A stretch of 42,624 nt of DNA from contig JBKCXY010000207.1 of the NCBI GenBank assembly GCA_046315835.1, positions 1 through 42,624 of the forward strand, read 5' to 3'. This document shows positions 38,574 to 42,624 of the stretch, one piece after another. The notes beneath the pieces are model-generated. The model had not been told where the DNA came from. It saw nothing but the letters and a program-made list of their open reading frames with translations, and ran no database searches. Source of the DNA: Pseudobdellovibrionaceae bacterium. Its GTDB lineage: Bacteria > Bdellovibrionota > Bdellovibrionia > Bdellovibrionales > Bdellovibrionaceae. Within the stretch, counting starts at the first letter, position 1. The number at the start of each line of letters is the position of its first letter. A program made the translations under genes and the position numbers.

Positions 38574-38626
38574 GCGAAAAAATTTAATAAAAAAGTGTTG
38601 ACGAGGAAGAGAGGGTTCTATAAAAC
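38574..38626 (+). promoter_or_regulatory. Candidate rRNA promoter (UP-like A/T tract, -35 TTGACG, -10 TATAAA/ATAAAA)
   Basis: GCGAAAAAATTTAATAAAAAAGTGTTGACG (-35 at 38598-38603), a 15-16 nt spacer, then TATAAA (38619-38624). Lies about 160 nt upstream of the 16S. Confidence 0.5.
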
Positions 38627-38647
38627 CTTGCTTCTTCACAACGAAGC

Positions 38648-38659
38648 GCTCTTTGAAAA
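38648..38659 (+). promoter_or_regulatory. boxA-like antitermination element in the rrn leader
   Basis: GCTCTTTGAAAA resembles the E. coli rrn boxA TGCTCTTTAACAA. A second copy of the same 12-mer followed by (C/T)TGAATAG occurs in the 16S-23S spacer. Confidence 0.6.
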
Positions 38660-38662
38660 CTG

Positions 38663-38692
38663 AATAGCTAGATAAATGGTTTTTGGGTTCTC
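38663..38692 (+). other. 5' half of the 16S processing (RNase III-type) stem
   Basis: AATAGCTAG (38663-38671) pairs with CTAGCTATT (40375-40383). GGTTTTTGGG (38678-38687) pairs with CCCAAAAACC (40363-40372). Together they bracket the 16S. Confidence 0.55.
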
Positions 38693-38784
38693 GGATAAGC
38701 AAATTGTTTATCGAAAATTCTTTGAGAAATACAAACCATCAATGACGAACAAATTTAGTTCAGCATTTGATGAGTACAGAATTT

Positions 38785-40305
<1,521 letters not shown>

Positions 40306-40358
40306 GTTTAGTTTCTTCGGAAACTCATTCCTAGGTCAGCGTGGAGCTTGACTCCACG

Positions 40359-40383
40359 GAGTCCCAAAAACCTACTAGCTATT
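40359..40383 (+). other. 3' half of the 16S processing stem
   Basis: Complementary to 38663-38692 (see the 5' half). Confidence 0.55.
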
Positions 40384-40407
40384 TAGTTTTGAAAGAGTGA
40401 ACGCGCT

Positions 40408-40484
<77 letters not shown>

Positions 40485-40525
40485 AACTGGGAAACCAGCA
40501 GTGCGAGCACTTAATAAGAGTTTCA

Positions 40526-40537
40526 GCTCTTTGAAAA
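40526..40537 (+). promoter_or_regulatory. boxA-like antitermination element in the 16S-23S spacer
   Basis: GCTCTTTGAAAA followed by TTGAATAG, a duplicate of the leader element. Confidence 0.55.
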
Positions 40538-40584
40538 TTGAATAGTTTGTTTTTAGTGATTTTTAGCGAGGCTAATTCCATTTT

Positions 40585-42624
<2,040 letters not shown>

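Overview
This is a 42.6-kb chromosomal window made up mostly of housekeeping genes. Almost everything is on the + strand and tightly packed, with many 1-20 nt start/stop overlaps and frequent GTG/TTG starts. I saw no transposase, integrase, CRISPR array, toxin-antitoxin pair or recognisable defence gene. All calls come from reading motifs and gene order by eye; no database search was run.

Gene order:
(1) A seven-gene envelope cluster: a 5'-truncated TPR protein, a TPR lipoprotein, an 88-aa secreted protein, an FHA/TM/AgmX-PglI-type TonB-like protein, one TolQ/ExbB and two TolR/ExbD. It matches the Myxococcus gltD-E-F-G + aglR/Q/S (gliding-motor core) layout.
(2) A two-module LptC/LptA-like protein, then lptB and rpoN.
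(3) potD on the minus strand (its stop overlaps the rpoN stop), divergent from potABC, followed by hpf.
(4) metK and lepA.
(5) A 546-bp noncoding gap holding a 204-bp nested foldback element.
(6) Three tandem lepB paralogues.
(7) pyrB, carA, an unknown 224-aa ORF and carB. These are chained by overlaps to a PhnD-like binding protein, an ABC-2 ATPase and an ABC-2 permease (the position of Myxococcus pilGHI), then pilD.
(8) pilMNOPQ, a small lipoprotein, rarA, a cupin on the minus strand and a hypothetical protein.
(9) An rRNA operon laid out tRNA-Ala(UGC) - 16S - tRNA-Ile(GAU) - 23S, with the 23S cut by the window end.

The 16S carries TTGACCCCTTCAGTGACG, which as I recall is the target of the Bdellovibrio-specific 842R primer. 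Together with the Glt/Agl-like and type IV pilus gene content, this suggests a Bdellovibrio-like organism. That is an inference and needs a 16S search.

Most worth a second look: the foldback element after lepA, the Glt/Agl-like cluster, the unknown ORF wedged between carA and carB, the PilGHI-like ABC system with a PhnD-family binding protein, and the SD-sequestering hairpin in the metK leader.
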